This document shows positions 40,280 through 54,302 of a stretch of 64,000 bases of DNA, piece after piece. The stretch is taken from the NCBI GenBank assembly GCA_951406725.2, contig OX597826.1:57846001-57910000 (forward strand). The letters are read 5' to 3'. Source of the DNA: Octopus vulgaris (lineage: Eukaryota). Below the pieces are notes generated by a model. It did no database searches. It saw only the letters and a list, made by a program, of their open reading frames with translations, and was not told the DNA's origin. Each line of letters starts with the position of its first letter. The first letter of the stretch is position 1. Both the position numbers and the translations under genes were made by a program.

Positions 40280-41100
40280 TTATTTTTTACTTGTTTCAGT
40301 CATTAGAATGTAGCCAAGCTGGAACACCACCTTGAAGAATTTTAGTCAACTGAATTGATCTTAAAACTATTTTTTAAGCTAGATACTTATCTATCAGCCT
40401 CTGTTCCTGATCTGTTAAGTTACGAAAATGTAAACCAGGCACGTGCCATCAGTAATTACTCAGGGTAGGCAGTTGGTGACCTTCATGTAGTAAAGCACAG
40501 AAAAAATAAGCAAAACACAGATGTGAAACTGAGTTGAAGGCAGATTTACTTCTGCTTTTATAGCAGGTAAAGAAGACAGTGTTGTAGGAGTATATGCAGC
40601 ATGTGTACTACAGCAGTACTCTGTGTAGCTTAAATACTGAGATTGAAGAGCAGGGATAAATTATGCCTACCTAATCTACAAAAAAATCAAATATTTTGAA
40701 TTTTATGCATATTAATCAGTGTAACCTTCATAATTTTATTGAATTTGGTGCATATTTCGCCATAAAAGGAAAATGCTGCTATCGATCTATTTTATTCCAG
40801 GTAGGCAGTGCTTACCTTGCCTACTTAAGAGGTACGTTCCTGATATAAATGCAGCAACATTGATTGTTAGGCAGTAGAAGGGGACAAACACAAATACAGA
40901 GACGCGCATGCACAAGCACACACACACATGTATACATATACAACATGCTTCTTTCACTTTCCATCTACTACCAAACCCACTCAGAAAGTTTTGGTCAGCC
41001 CAGGGATATAGTAGAAGACACTTGACCAAGGTGCCATGCAGTGGCACTGAACCCTGATTCATATGGTTGGTAAGCAAACTTTTTGCTACACAGTCACATC
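40280..41100 (-). mobile_element. Old SINE family A copy split by a hAT insertion
   Basis: SINE homology at 40280-40435 and 40843-41100. Confidence 0.75.
40436..40842. mobile_element. Non-autonomous hAT element
   Basis: TIR CAGGCACGTGCC / GGTACGTTCCTG (10/12), 8-bp TSD atgtaaac/atataaat, GTAGGCA subterminal repeats. Confidence 0.75.
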
Positions 41101-41214
41101 TGTTAGGATAAAATTCTGAGAACAAATTTTTCATGTGAAAAATACATTGGAGCGATTTCACATTGGTTTCGAAGTCTATAGCCTGGCTCTTTGTTACAAT
41201 GAGTGTTTTAATTG

Positions 41215-41500
41215 ATATCATCAACTGAAGAGCTTTCTCATGAAGTTATTGTTCCAGTGGCTGAGCACTCCACAGACACGCATACCCATAATGAAATTCT
41301 CAGGGAGATTCAAATTGACTCAGAGTGTGACAAGGCTGACCCTTTGAATTACATGTACAACTCATTTTTGCCAACTGAGTGGACAGGAGCAACAAGAAAT
41401 AAAGTGTTTTACTTAAGGATAGAATACACCACCAGGAATCGAACTTATGACCTTACAATTCATGACCAAATACCCTAGCCACTAAGCCACATGCCTTCAC
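41215..41500 (-). mobile_element. SINE family C, diverged
   Basis: Reverse-complement similarity to 24417-24700. Confidence 0.75.
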
Positions 41501-43957
41501 ACTCTATACTGCAAACTAATGAAACAGCGAACGATTTTTTTGTACTGCAGCTTACATCAATGACTTATATACCCTACATTAGATTAACTTCTTAGCACTA
41601 GTTGAATTTAACCATTTAAAATAAAATGTCTTCTTCATTAGTTCAACATAACAGTGAGAGGATAGAAAATACTTAAAAACCAAGAATAGCCATTAGGAGT
41701 TTCTTAGCAAGTAACCTGCAATAGATTAGTATCTTATCCAGGAGAAATATTGGTCTCTAAAAGAGTAGAATATTTATTTCAGAGCTTTACTTTGTACCTT
41801 TTGTTCCTTTAAGTTATAAATATTCTATGAAACACTGTAGTTATAAGAGATTAGCTGTCGATTATTTCTCAATACTTTGTTACAAATTTAATGTCTCATC
41901 CCACCCCCACACATACGCATGTGCATGCAGCATATATACAGATAAGTACATTACATTGTGCTCTTTCTAATGCAAGACAGATTAGCTGCCTCAATAGATT
42001 TTACTGAAAGTAGGCACTTGTTCAGAGTTGGGAAGCCAACTTTTAAGAAAATCATCCATTTGTAAAACAACTGGATCAAATAATTCATTAAAATTTCGAA
42101 ATTTACGAAGCATTGTAACTCATGCAAAACCAAAACTGAACAACAGAAATATTTACCAATGTGGTGACTACAGAGATTTAACCATTGAAATAATAACAGC
42201 ATGTAAACAAACAAATAATCTACAATGAGTTCATTAATGATATAGTAAAATGTCTTCAATGATTTTCTTTAATGATTTCCTTCAGTTCAATCATCATATA
42301 AAGTATAGGCTGTTAAAAATTTAAAATTTCCCTTGAGAGTAGGAAGAAAAGTGCCACATCTTTTTTTAAAATATGTAGTTAGTTTTATGTATCTTAGATC
42401 AAAAAGGACAAAGTAAGATTCAGTACCACCAGATTAAAATAAAGACATTCCATCAAATTTTTTTAGCCTTTTCTTTTTGTTCTTCCTTATGAGATACAGC
42501 AACAGAAGGAATACAAACCCATAGCCTGAAAGCATATAAAACATTGCTTACAGCACAGGACCAAAAGGTCAGAGCTGGTTGAATAATATCAGTATTTCTT
42601 GAGAGTTAGTAAAAGCAAAATCTGAATAGTCTATAATTGCTCATAGAAAACTGTAAGTTGCTTGGCTTAGTACACCAAACAACAAGGCTGAACTATAAAT
42701 CAACATATAAACTATTTTAAGAATAAAAAGCTGAGGTATTGTTCTGTTGCCATGAAATGTTTTTCTTAAATTTTACTAAGCAGAGTTTCAATTATTGTAA
42801 TTCATTTATATTTTGTTGTCCCAGTGTTCAACTGTGGTTGCTACAAATGTGCAAAAAGCTTGAGCTTTCAATCATCATTTAATACTGAAGTTTTCTTTAG
42901 AAAATTATGTAAAGAAATATTAACAATTAATTATGTTGCTCTATGACTGAGAATTGCAAACGGGGCTTTGTAATCACCTTAATGAGTTCTTTTCATCTCT
43001 CAAGTCTGTCTAGCCAGGTGACAGCTACTTTTATGCTCTACTAAGCTGATAACTCGGTGATTTTCTCTCTTTGTAGCAAGTTCATCTTGCATAAACAACC
43101 TGGTTATTCCTTGCTACCATACAGTTATGCACCAAGGTTGATGGGATTTGTAGAAGCTATTCTAGTTTTTTAAACCTCAAATCACCAGCCTTTTTACTAG
43201 TTTCACAACTTTAATCCATGCCACATGCTTTATACTATTCATTTCAATATGTTGCTTTTCTTAATTGAAATCCTGTAAGTATAAGTTCTGCTCATTATCA
43301 GCCCAAAGTTAAAAGAACAACTAATAGCATACTAGAATTCTTCAACCTTACACAAAAATAATTTTTTGTTCCTGCAACAAAAGCTTCATTGAGCATCTCT
43401 GGTATGATTATTTAGCTGTTGGTCAACTCTGATAGAGCAGGTAGATCTAAATATAAAACCAAAGGCCATTCCACTCATGACCATTTAATATTTTCCTCTA
43501 ATATGCTGAACCCTGGGTAATATACATTGAATCATTTCTTTTATAAAACAGTAACAAGAAGTTTGAGAGAGAATTTTTTACCAGATTGGCTAGCAAGTAG
43601 GTCAAGTGACTTATAGAGGATTCCTCACTAACTCAATAACATTTTTCTATTTTACTAACACCCACCTAATGTCTGGCTTATAAACAATGTCTGTTCTATT
43701 AATAAAAGTAAAAATTGATCCAAACGTGAACTGAACTTAAAACCTATGAACCACAAAACTATCTGATAGTACAAAATATCTAGTCTGCGACGTTACATAG
43801 ATTAAACATTTCACAAAAGCTGAGAAATCAAACAATCCCAAACAATTGAAACAATTTCATTTTCTTTTCGATTTTGTGCATTTGTTGGAGAGCTGTTGAT
43901 TTATTGATTGCTCTTGCTAACTCATTTGGACAGACTATTAAGAGACTACATACACAC

Positions 43958-44042
<85 letters not shown>

Positions 44043-44892
44043 AACACACGTATGTCTATGTGTTTGAAGTGTTTATATACATTCCATACTGAAAAGCAAT
44101 CATCATCTCTGCCTGGACATTATCTATATTCAGTTATGTCATGAATACAAAGTCATTCTTTTACCTTCAATTCAGAAAGGATTCAATTAAGAAAACACTC
44201 AGCATAAGCAAACACTAAATCCACTTCAGAACCTTGGAAAGAAATTATTAATGAACCTGCATCTATCGGTTCAATACATGTAGCTTAGATTTCAGAATAT
44301 TAAAGTAGATAGTAAAATTGTACTTGCTAGGCAAGTGACTTGGTTTGAGATTGTGTGTTGAAATTGAAACTTATTGCAGCAGTGTAGAATACTGCTATCC
44401 ATTTAAAATATACATATACTGCTATATTCAATTTTGTTTATGTTTTCTAATAGTATTATATATTCTACTTAGTGCAAAAGGAAAAAAAAATCTACCCAAG
44501 AATTAATAACCAAGTCATAGATATACAACATTTTTGGCACTTAAAAGAATGTAAAAAGCTATTAGAAGATAAGCAAAAGTGGATATATAATGGAATATTT
44601 GTATTTTAGATGGCTATAGTGACTTACATGACACAATTATTAAAAGTGATTGAACATATATAGATATATTTAGAATTTTTTTACAATGGCCATTGTTTCA
44701 AGTGGCAACCAAAGCACCTGAAGGATCACAAAGAGCAAGAAACTCCGAATGCAAGTTGGGTCCATCATCAGGTTTGAACAAATAAAGTCTTTCTCTTATT
44801 TGTACATACAAATATACATGATTACATATATACATACAAACACACAGACAGACAGACAGATACTCAAACAGACAGAGAGACAAATATATATT

Positions 44893-45285
44893 CTTTTATT
44901 CTTTTACTTGTTTCAGTCATTTGACTGCAGCCATGCTGGAGCACCACCTTGAAAAGTTTTAGTTGAACAAATTGATCCCAGGACTTATTTTCTTAAGCCA
45001 AGTACTCATTCTATCAGTCTTTTTTGCTGAACTGCTACATTATGAGGACATAAACACTAGTTGTCAGATAGTGATGGGGGTACAAATACAGATACGATGA
45101 TAGACACACATGCACACACATACACACGATGAGCTTCTTTCAGTTTCTGTCTGTCAAATCCACTCACAAGGCTATGGTCAGCCCAAGACTATAGTTGAAA
45201 ACACTTGCACAAAGTGCTATGCAGTGGGACTGAACCTGAAACCATATGGTTGGGAAGCAAGTTTCTTACTACACAGCCACACCTA
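44893..45285 (-). mobile_element. SINE family A, diverged full length
   Basis: Similarity to 10495-10909. Confidence 0.8.
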
Positions 45286-47682
45286 TAAATTTGTAGTGTA
45301 ATATACGGATTCATAGAATCGTGTGGCTATCACAGAAAGCTCGTTATAGTAATCCCAGACAGAAGAGTATAAAGCAGAGTTCGATGCAGCTGAAATCCAG
45401 AAGGTCCGGTCAATGAGATTATTTCATGGGGAGTAGATAAAACATAAAAAGGCAGGAGGTATGAGAAGCAAATATAGTTATTTAACCACTTGTCATCCTT
45501 AGGATTATGGCTGTTTCATTTAGAGTCGAAACATTGGTGTAATCATGATGTACTGGAGATCTGATGAGCTAGCTTTCTTTATCTGCACTGATTTGTATAT
45601 ATACAATTGCATTATATAATGCATAACATGCATATTAGTGCAGACGTGTAAACATAATATATCATACACTGACATTATTATACAGTGTAAAATACATGAA
45701 GAAAGTTGTGAAATGGTTATAATCCTTATGATGAAAACTAGTTGAATAATTATATTTATCTCTGATACTTACTAACCTTTTATATATATATTTGTCCCAC
45801 ATCTGTTTTTTCATAGTGTTATGGGTTGGGTGAAGAGTAATTTGAGGCAGTATTCTATGGCCAAATACTCTGTTGGTCACCAATCTCCACACGTTTTTCA
45901 AGTAAAGGAATATCTTATTCCACAGGCTATCACAAGTCAAAAGTGCAAGTGCTGCAAGACATATTCTTCACAAGGGATATGAGCAGGACAGCATTCTTTT
46001 GTTCAAACATTGTAAGGCAACATCACGTGGATGTCAACATACTCTTACACACACACACACACACATACACACACACAAAGGACTTCCGTATACTTTGTGT
46101 GTACCAATTTCACTCACAAGGTATTGGTTAGCTCAAGGCTATACAGTAACAGACACTTGCCCAAGGTGCACTGTAGTGGGATAGGACTTGAAATCAGCTG
46201 GCTATGAGGCAATACTTTGTATCCATTCAGTTATGCCTGTAGCAGCCATTCCTGCTCCTCACCCATTACACACACACACACACACACACACAATGACAAC
46301 TTACTATTTGTCCTAAATTATACATACATACATATATATATACACACACACACAGACACACACATATATACATGCACACGCATACATATATACACACACA
46401 TATACACACACACATATATACATGCACATACACATATACATACACATATATATACATACATATATATATGCACACACATATGTGTGTGTGTGTGTGTAAT
46501 ATCATTTGGGATCTATTTTCTATGCTGGTATATATTGGATGGGTGTCACAAGTTCTTGCAACTTGTCATGGTGCTTTATTGTCTGGGAATACACAGAAAA
46601 CGGAGAAAACTGCCAATATTTATTGTGCAATATATACATACATATATATGTGAAATTCTAAACATCAGATACAAAACAGGAATTCAATCTCAACAACAGA
46701 GTAGAACTGAACCTGCTCTCTTACTTACAAATATAAAACTATCCAAATAGTTTATTGACTAAGACACATCAAGATCCAAAAATTGGGAAGAAAATAACAA
46801 ATTATAAAAGTACTAAAGAAACTTGGTTTTCTTCCTTCTGAACAGCTAAGAGAAAATCTGAACTTGTATGTTTTCTTGTAGAAACCAGCAGCCAAACAAG
46901 TGAACCATGCCATATCATATTATTAAGAAAAAGATATTGAATAAGAAACGGTATGATTAATTATCTAGAGGTTCATTTTGTTACAATGGAGTCAATAATA
47001 TATCACCATGACAACAGTTACATTGTGACTACTACAACCAAGTGAAATAGAGAAGCTATTATTATGGACACCAGCACAGATATTCCTCTCCCCAACAATG
47101 TAGTCTATACAACAAGTAATTGTATTTAGAATAAGAAAAATGACATCTGTAAACAATGAGATGTACAGTTAGTGAAGTCAAGACAAACTGGAAAGAGATA
47201 TGAAGAAAGGGACAAAAACAAGAGGGAAACATTGACAAGATAAGTAAAAAAAAAAAAAAAAAAAAAACAGCGTGAGAAAAATATATGAAGACTAAGATAA
47301 GGAAAAAGAAAAATGTAAAGGGAAGATAAATAAAAAATGTGAAGTCAAGGAAAAGAGAGAAGAGAAAAGGTGAAGGAAATGAAAAAGAGAAACAAAGATG
47401 AAACTGGGAGAAGACAGGGAAAAGAAAAAATAAATGAAAATGTAAAGCAGGGAAAGAAAGAGAAAAGAATGACAAACTTATCAGGTAACAGGAAGCGATA
47501 GAAAAGTACAGGTATAGATCAAAAAGCAGTGGAGATAATAAGGAGAAAGAAGGAGGAAATAGGTAGTCACACTAAGTAGAAGGTAAGTGGAAAGAGATGG
47601 TGAGAGCAGTAAGAATGAAATTTAGCAAGTGATGGAAATTTAACTGATTTTAAAAGAACTCAATTTAGATTTTCACTTTATT

Positions 47683-47917
47683 TTTTTTATTTCTTTATTG
47701 CCCACAAGGGGCTAAACACAGAGGGGACAAACAAGGACAGAGAAACGGATTAAGTCGATTACATCGACCCCAGTGCATAACTGGTACTTAATTTATCGAC
47801 CCCGAAAGGATGAAAGGCAAAGTCGACCTTGGCGGAATTTGAACTCAGAACGTAACGACAGACGAAATACAGCTACGCATTTCACCCGGCGTGCTAACGT
47901 TTCTGCCAGCTCGCCAC
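47683..47917 (-). mobile_element. SINE family B with 15-bp TSD
   Basis: Head GGCGAGCTGGCAGAAACG...GAGTTCAAATTCC, core GCCTTTCATCCTTTCGGGGTCGATAAATTAAGTACCAG; TSD gattttcactttatt at 47668-47682 and 47918-47932. Confidence 0.9.
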
Positions 47918-50139
47918 GATTTTCACTTTATTGTTAAATAAGAGATGGTAATGTTTGTGAGTTTTGTTTCATCTTAGATCAGTGCTGATTGAACAGATGT
48001 ATGATCAAAGTGTCCCAGCAATGAGCAGCCTAACTATGGGTATTTCTAGGACTACAATGTCTAATGTGTCCCTCTTTTTACAAGAGGAGAGAAATCTGGT
48101 AATTTGGTTTCTATCTCTAGCAGGTTGAGCCACCATGTAGGGGAGGATGAAACACAGAAAGGAATAAAAGAAAGCTTTTACAAAAAGAGTGCAGTTTTCA
48201 AATGAAAGAATCAGAGATTTCATGTACTATAGTTTACTCATCATAATCTCTCTTTGGTCACCCTGTCAGTTAGTTATGTTACCCAGAGAAAATGGAAAAC
48301 AGAGATGACACTTTAATTTTGCTGGAGACAACACAGCCTCTCTGATGCTGGTAGCATAATAAAATGTATCCTGTAGACTCTATAAAGTAGTTGGTGAATG
48401 GAACTATCTAATGCCAGTACCATGACAAAATGCATCCAGTACACTGTATACAGTTGCTAGGAAGGGTGTCTAGATATAGAAATATGTAAAAAGTGAAATA
48501 CAAGTAGGTTGTGATCCATGATCCAACTAGGAGAGCAACAACTCCAAATTACAACAGACTCAGATTGTAACAACTCTTCCAACTTATGCCACCATGAAAA
48601 GTAAATATAAAATGACAAATTATTTACTGGAAGCTGAATCTCCACTAATCATTACTCACTGCCATCTTTAGACAATATGTCCTGAGAACAGTACTGAGAA
48701 ACTCAATTGCTGGCCTTGTGCCAAAATTAAAAAAGGTTACTTATCTAAATATGAACCAGTACGAGTCGGTATATGGGGTTTCTCAATCCCAGTCTTCAAG
48801 CAACAAGATTCCACCTCGAGACTCTTGCACACTCAGTTTTGCATGCATCATCATCTCTCTTTCTCTCTCTCTCCACACACACACACACACATATATATAA
48901 TCATGAATAATTTGGACAAATAAGTGTAAGTCGATAAATGTGTTTAAATGCTGAGTAGAGCACTGACGCAGTTTAGGCTACCCGCTGTCATCCGCAGTTG
49001 TGGTACACTTCCGTTGGATATACTTCAGGAACTCCGCAGTAACATTTAGGGTAATAATATTAATTAATAGAATATAGATTCGGTATTAAATCTTTATTGG
49101 GTACAACATATGTTTTGAACCATCAGTCTGGGTCTCATCAAGTATTTTGATAAAGATATGGGTCAAAACATAAAATTTAAATTCTAAATGCATCTCCTGT
49201 TAATTAATATTACACACATGAATATTTATATATACGCATACACACATCATATATACATATATACACATACACATATGTACACACACACACACACACCTAC
49301 ATAAAACAAGTTGACTCAGGCCTACATTACTTAGAATTTTGTAGAGATTCTGTAAAATAGATACAGACACACATTTACATTTACAAAACTGAGTTACAGA
49401 AAGCTGATCCAATTTGTTATGAAATACAACTTCAAATACATGCATCGAGTGCTACTTTCTTTTGTTTGTTCCTTCATCTGTAATAGATGTATGAATGTAT
49501 GTGTGTATAAGTGTTTGTGTGTGTGTGGAGAGAGAGAGAGAGAGTGTGTGTGTGTGTGTGAATAAGAAAGAGTGACAAGGTGGAATTATTGGAAAAGCCT
49601 TTTCTTTACTGAGCTGGTAATCATCAATACCATCCATAAAATTTTCAAGAGTGATAATGTCCAATGCACTTATTCTTCATTTATATCTTATATCTTGCAA
49701 GATAGGACCAGAAGAGCAGGCAGCAGGAGTGATTTTTCTAAAGGGAATTATTTAGATCCTCTCAAGAAGAGCAAAGTGTGGGCTGTACAATAAAAGTAAC
49801 ATTTGAAGAAAGATTGAAGCATATGTCAAAATTCTTTTTCTTTCATATGTAGTGGAAGCCTCTTAATTCACTTTAACTCTCTGACAACAGGATTTATAGT
49901 TGAAACAGTTATGTGAAAATGAAGACAGAACATGTGCTGCCAGCAGCTGTGGAACTGAAAGATTAAAAAGGACCTCTGAAAAGAGAAATCACATACAGTC
50001 AAAATCTTATATAACTTAAATAGACTCAAAGGGATAAGCAAGAAGGGAAAAAAAAAAATTATGTAACCTGAAATATGAAAAGGAATGATATAAAACCCAA
50101 GAAGTGCACACAAAAGCATACAAATATTTGTAATACATG

Positions 50140-50189
<50 letters not shown>

Positions 50190-51168
50190 TATGCAGACAC
50201 ATTGACCATACAACTTACATACCCACAATAATTGATTAGTCAGTAGCTCTGTCATCACCTAAGTGATATTAGATTACAACTCTATACATTATTGGCATCA
50301 GAATATTATTAGAAGAAGCCTGTATTTGAAAACTAATGTTGGGGAAGGGATTAAGAGCTGAAAAGTGTCCCCCAAAAGGATGATAAGGATGTCAACATAA
50401 TTTAATAAAGTATGGTGCAGAGCAGAGGAAACAGGTTCGATGCCAGCTGGAAGTGAAGATCTCACTTTACTCCAACTGTCAGTTAGCTGTTAGTGATGTG
50501 GTGTCCAATGTCATAAAACAACAAATGACCTTAATGAAATTATTAAGAAGCTAAGAAGCAAACAACCAATATAATAATAATACCAATAACAACGACAGTA
50601 ATAATAAGAGGAAGAAGGAGGAGGAGGAAGAAGAGGAGGAGGGGGAAAATGACAATTTGCACCGAGGACAATAGAAAATATATTACCAAGATAAAGTTCC
50701 TAGTTTGATGTATTTCATGTTCGGCTCAAATAGAATAGTGTTACTTAAATTGGGTTGGTTCAGATATAGAGAACTACTATACTTGATGTAACCTCTACTC
50801 TCTACTATTCGAGAAGACATTCTATTATCACTGTTTTCAAAACAGAACTTACACACTCCCATAAAGGAGTTACAATAACAATTTTATACCAAAACGGTTC
50901 CTCTGAAAGAACAAAGAAGCTTTAGCAAAATATAAGAGAAAGAGATAGAGAGAGAGTGAAGGGGAGAGGCAGATAAAAAGTAAGCTGTGCAGCTGAGCAT
51001 ATATGTACCAATACCAAAGTATACAAAGTTGCAACGGGTTATTAAGCACATGTTGTAATGTACTTAAAGGAAAGCAAACCAGAACAACAGATAAGTATAT
51101 ACACACCACGCATGTGTGTGTGTTTGTGTGTGTGCGTGTGTTTGTGTGTGTGCGCGTGTGTGTGTGTA

Positions 51169-51207
<39 letters not shown>

Positions 51208-51744
51208 ATGTGCGTACTACTACGACTCCACACTATTTTGGTTGACACAGAGCTGAAGGGATAAAAATGAAATCTGAAAAGGCAAGAGTGCTGACCCAAC
51301 TAACATACAAATATTTGACTGCATATATGCATGTGTGTGGGTACATGTATGTGTATGTATATAATTATGTACATAATTATGGTGTATAGCTATGAGGTTA
51401 GCAGGGGTTATTTACTGTATGTAAGGTAGAAGACTGATATAGAACTCAGGAGAATCACTTGACATTTGAAAAGAACTGCAGCAAGATTTCCCTAACTTTT
51501 ATGATTCATGGTGAGTTAGGAATGTGTGTGAGAGTTCACCCAACCCCATGCATACTTACACACAAACATCATGTGTGTCTGTGTGTGTGTGTGTGTAGAA
51601 GTGGGCATATTACTGTGTATCTGTATGTGTGCATATGTGCATTGGAATTAGTGTACATACATGGACGACTACATAACTGAATATCATAAAGCTGTTTGTC
51701 CGGGGTTATACCACCACCACCACCAACACCACAACCACCACTGA

Positions 51745-51757
51745 TAATAATAATAAC

Positions 51758-51829
<72 letters not shown>

Positions 51830-53532
51830 CATAATCCTTTCTACTAAAGGCACAAGGACTGAAATTTTGGGGGAGGGTACTAGTCTATTACACTGATCCC
51901 AGTGCATGACTGGTACTTATTTTTTATCAACCCTGAAAGGATGAAAGGAAAAGTCGACCTCAGCTGAATTTAAACTCAGAACATTGTGACAAATGGAATA
52001 CCACTAAGTATTTTGCCTGGCATGCTAATGATTGTACCAGCTCACCACTTAGACAATAATAATAATAAAGGTTTCAAATTTTGCCACAAGGGTAGTAATT
52101 TTAGGGGAGAGGATTAGTCGATTATATCAACCCTAGTGTTCAACTGGGACTTATTTTATTGACCCCGAAAGGATGAAAGTTAAAGTCGACCTCAGCAGAA
52201 TTTGAACTCAATAATAATAATAATAATGATAATAATAATAATAATAGTCCTGAAGTTTTGGGGGAGGGGACTATCAATTACCTCCACCCCAGAATTTCAC
52301 TGGTACTTAATTTGTCGGCCCCAAAAAGATGAAAGGCAAAGTCAACCTAGGCAGGACGAAATACTGCTAAGCATTTCACCCAACATACTAACTATTCTGC
52401 CAGTTCGCTGCCTTGCTCTTACTACTACTACTAATAATAATTTTTTCTACCATAGGCACAAGGCCTGAAATTTTGTGGGAGGAGACTAGTCAATTGCATC
52501 AACCCTAGTATTTCACTGGTACTTAATTCATCGACCCCCACACCTGAAAAGATGAAAGGCAAAGTCAACTTCTCAGGAATTTGAACTCAAAACATAAAGA
52601 CGGATGAAATACTGCTGAGCATTTTGTCTGGCGAGCTAACATTTCTGCCAGCCTGCTACCTTAATAATAATAATAATAATAGTAAAAATGATGATAGCGA
52701 TGATGATGATAATTTTTCATGTAGAAGGCTAGCGGTTTTAGAGGGAACAGCCAATAATATTAACCTAGTTTTGACTGCTTCTTATCTTATCAACTACTGA
52801 AGAATGAAAGTCAAAGTTAATTTTAGTGTGATTTGATCACACTAAGTAAAAGGACATGACTACTGCAACGTTGAACATGTTAATTATCAAAGTACTCTAT
52901 CATCCTTAATAATAATAATAATAATAATAATACTTTCTACAAAAGGCACAAGACCTATGATTTCTTTATTGACCACAAAGGGTTTTTACATTAAGAAAAA
53001 TATTATGGACACTACAGGTCAAAACAAAGAATATGTGCACGTATATGTGCGAGCGTGTGTTTGTTTCAAGTTTTGGCACAAGGCCAGCAATTTTGAAAGC
53101 AAAGATGCAAACCAATTGCATCAGTCCTAGTAATTGACTGACATTCTATTTTCTCCACCCCAAAAGAATGAAAGGTAAAGTTGACTTCAGCTGATTTGAG
53201 CTCAGAATGTAAAGAACCAGAAGATACACTGCTAAGCATATTTTCCGATAATCCAACAACTCTTATTTCTTTATTGCCCACAAGGGGCTAAACACAGAGG
53301 GGACAAACAAAGACAGACAAAAGGATTAAGTCGATTACATCGACTCCAGTACGTAACTGGTACTTAATTTATCGACCCTGAAAGGATGAAAGGCAAAGTC
53401 GACCTCGGCGGAATTTGAACACAGAACGTAGCGGCAGACAAAATACCACTAAGGATTTCGCCTGGCATGCTAACATTTCTGCCAGCTCACCGCCTAATAA
53501 TCCAACAAATCTACCAACCCAATTCCTTTTTG

Positions 53533-53572
<40 letters not shown>

Positions 53573-53800
53573 TAATAATAATAATGGTTTCAAATTTTAG
53601 CACAAAGCCAGCAGTTTTAGGGGAGGGAGTAGACAATAACATCAACCCACTACTTGACTGGTACTTTATTTCATCAACCCCAAAAGGATGAAAGGCAAAG
53701 CTGACCTTAACAAGACTTGAGCTCAAAACATAAGGAGTTGAAAGAAATGCCACTAAGTGCTCTTGTCCTATGTTTTAATGAATACGCCAGCTCACCACCC

Positions 53801-53847
<47 letters not shown>

Positions 53848-53860
53848 TAATAATAATAAA
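51745..53860 (-). mobile_element. Cluster of about 8 SINE family B copies separated by (AAT)n
   Basis: Repeated aaaggatgaaaggcaaagtcgacc core near 51940, 52170, 52330, 52555, 52805, 53170, 53385 and 53690. Confidence 0.85.
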
Positions 53861-54302
53861 CTATAAATTACATTAAACTAATACTGGAATACATTAGGAA
53901 TGAAATATATAGCATCAATTGCTAATAACTCCTTGAAATATTTAAAAAACACTAACAAAAATGATTGATATGGTCATTTATTAAATATATTCCCAACCTG
54001 TTGATACCACTTCCGCTCTCAATACTCATGGAAGGATATTTAAAAGGAAAATATCGTTAATTTATTTATTCAAGAAAGGGTAAACTGTTTTGAATAACTA
54101 AGAATCAAATAGTTATGAGAAATCAAATTACAAGTTGTACTTTGAAACTAATATTCTTATTTTGTGCTTTCCAGTTTGGACTTGCTCTAATATGCAGCCT
54201 TACAGCCTCACTACTTTAGGACAGAAAAAAAGAAAGAAAGAAAAATACTCCTAACAACATTTACAGTATTTAGCTTTGGCAAATCAAGACATTATATAGG
54301 AG

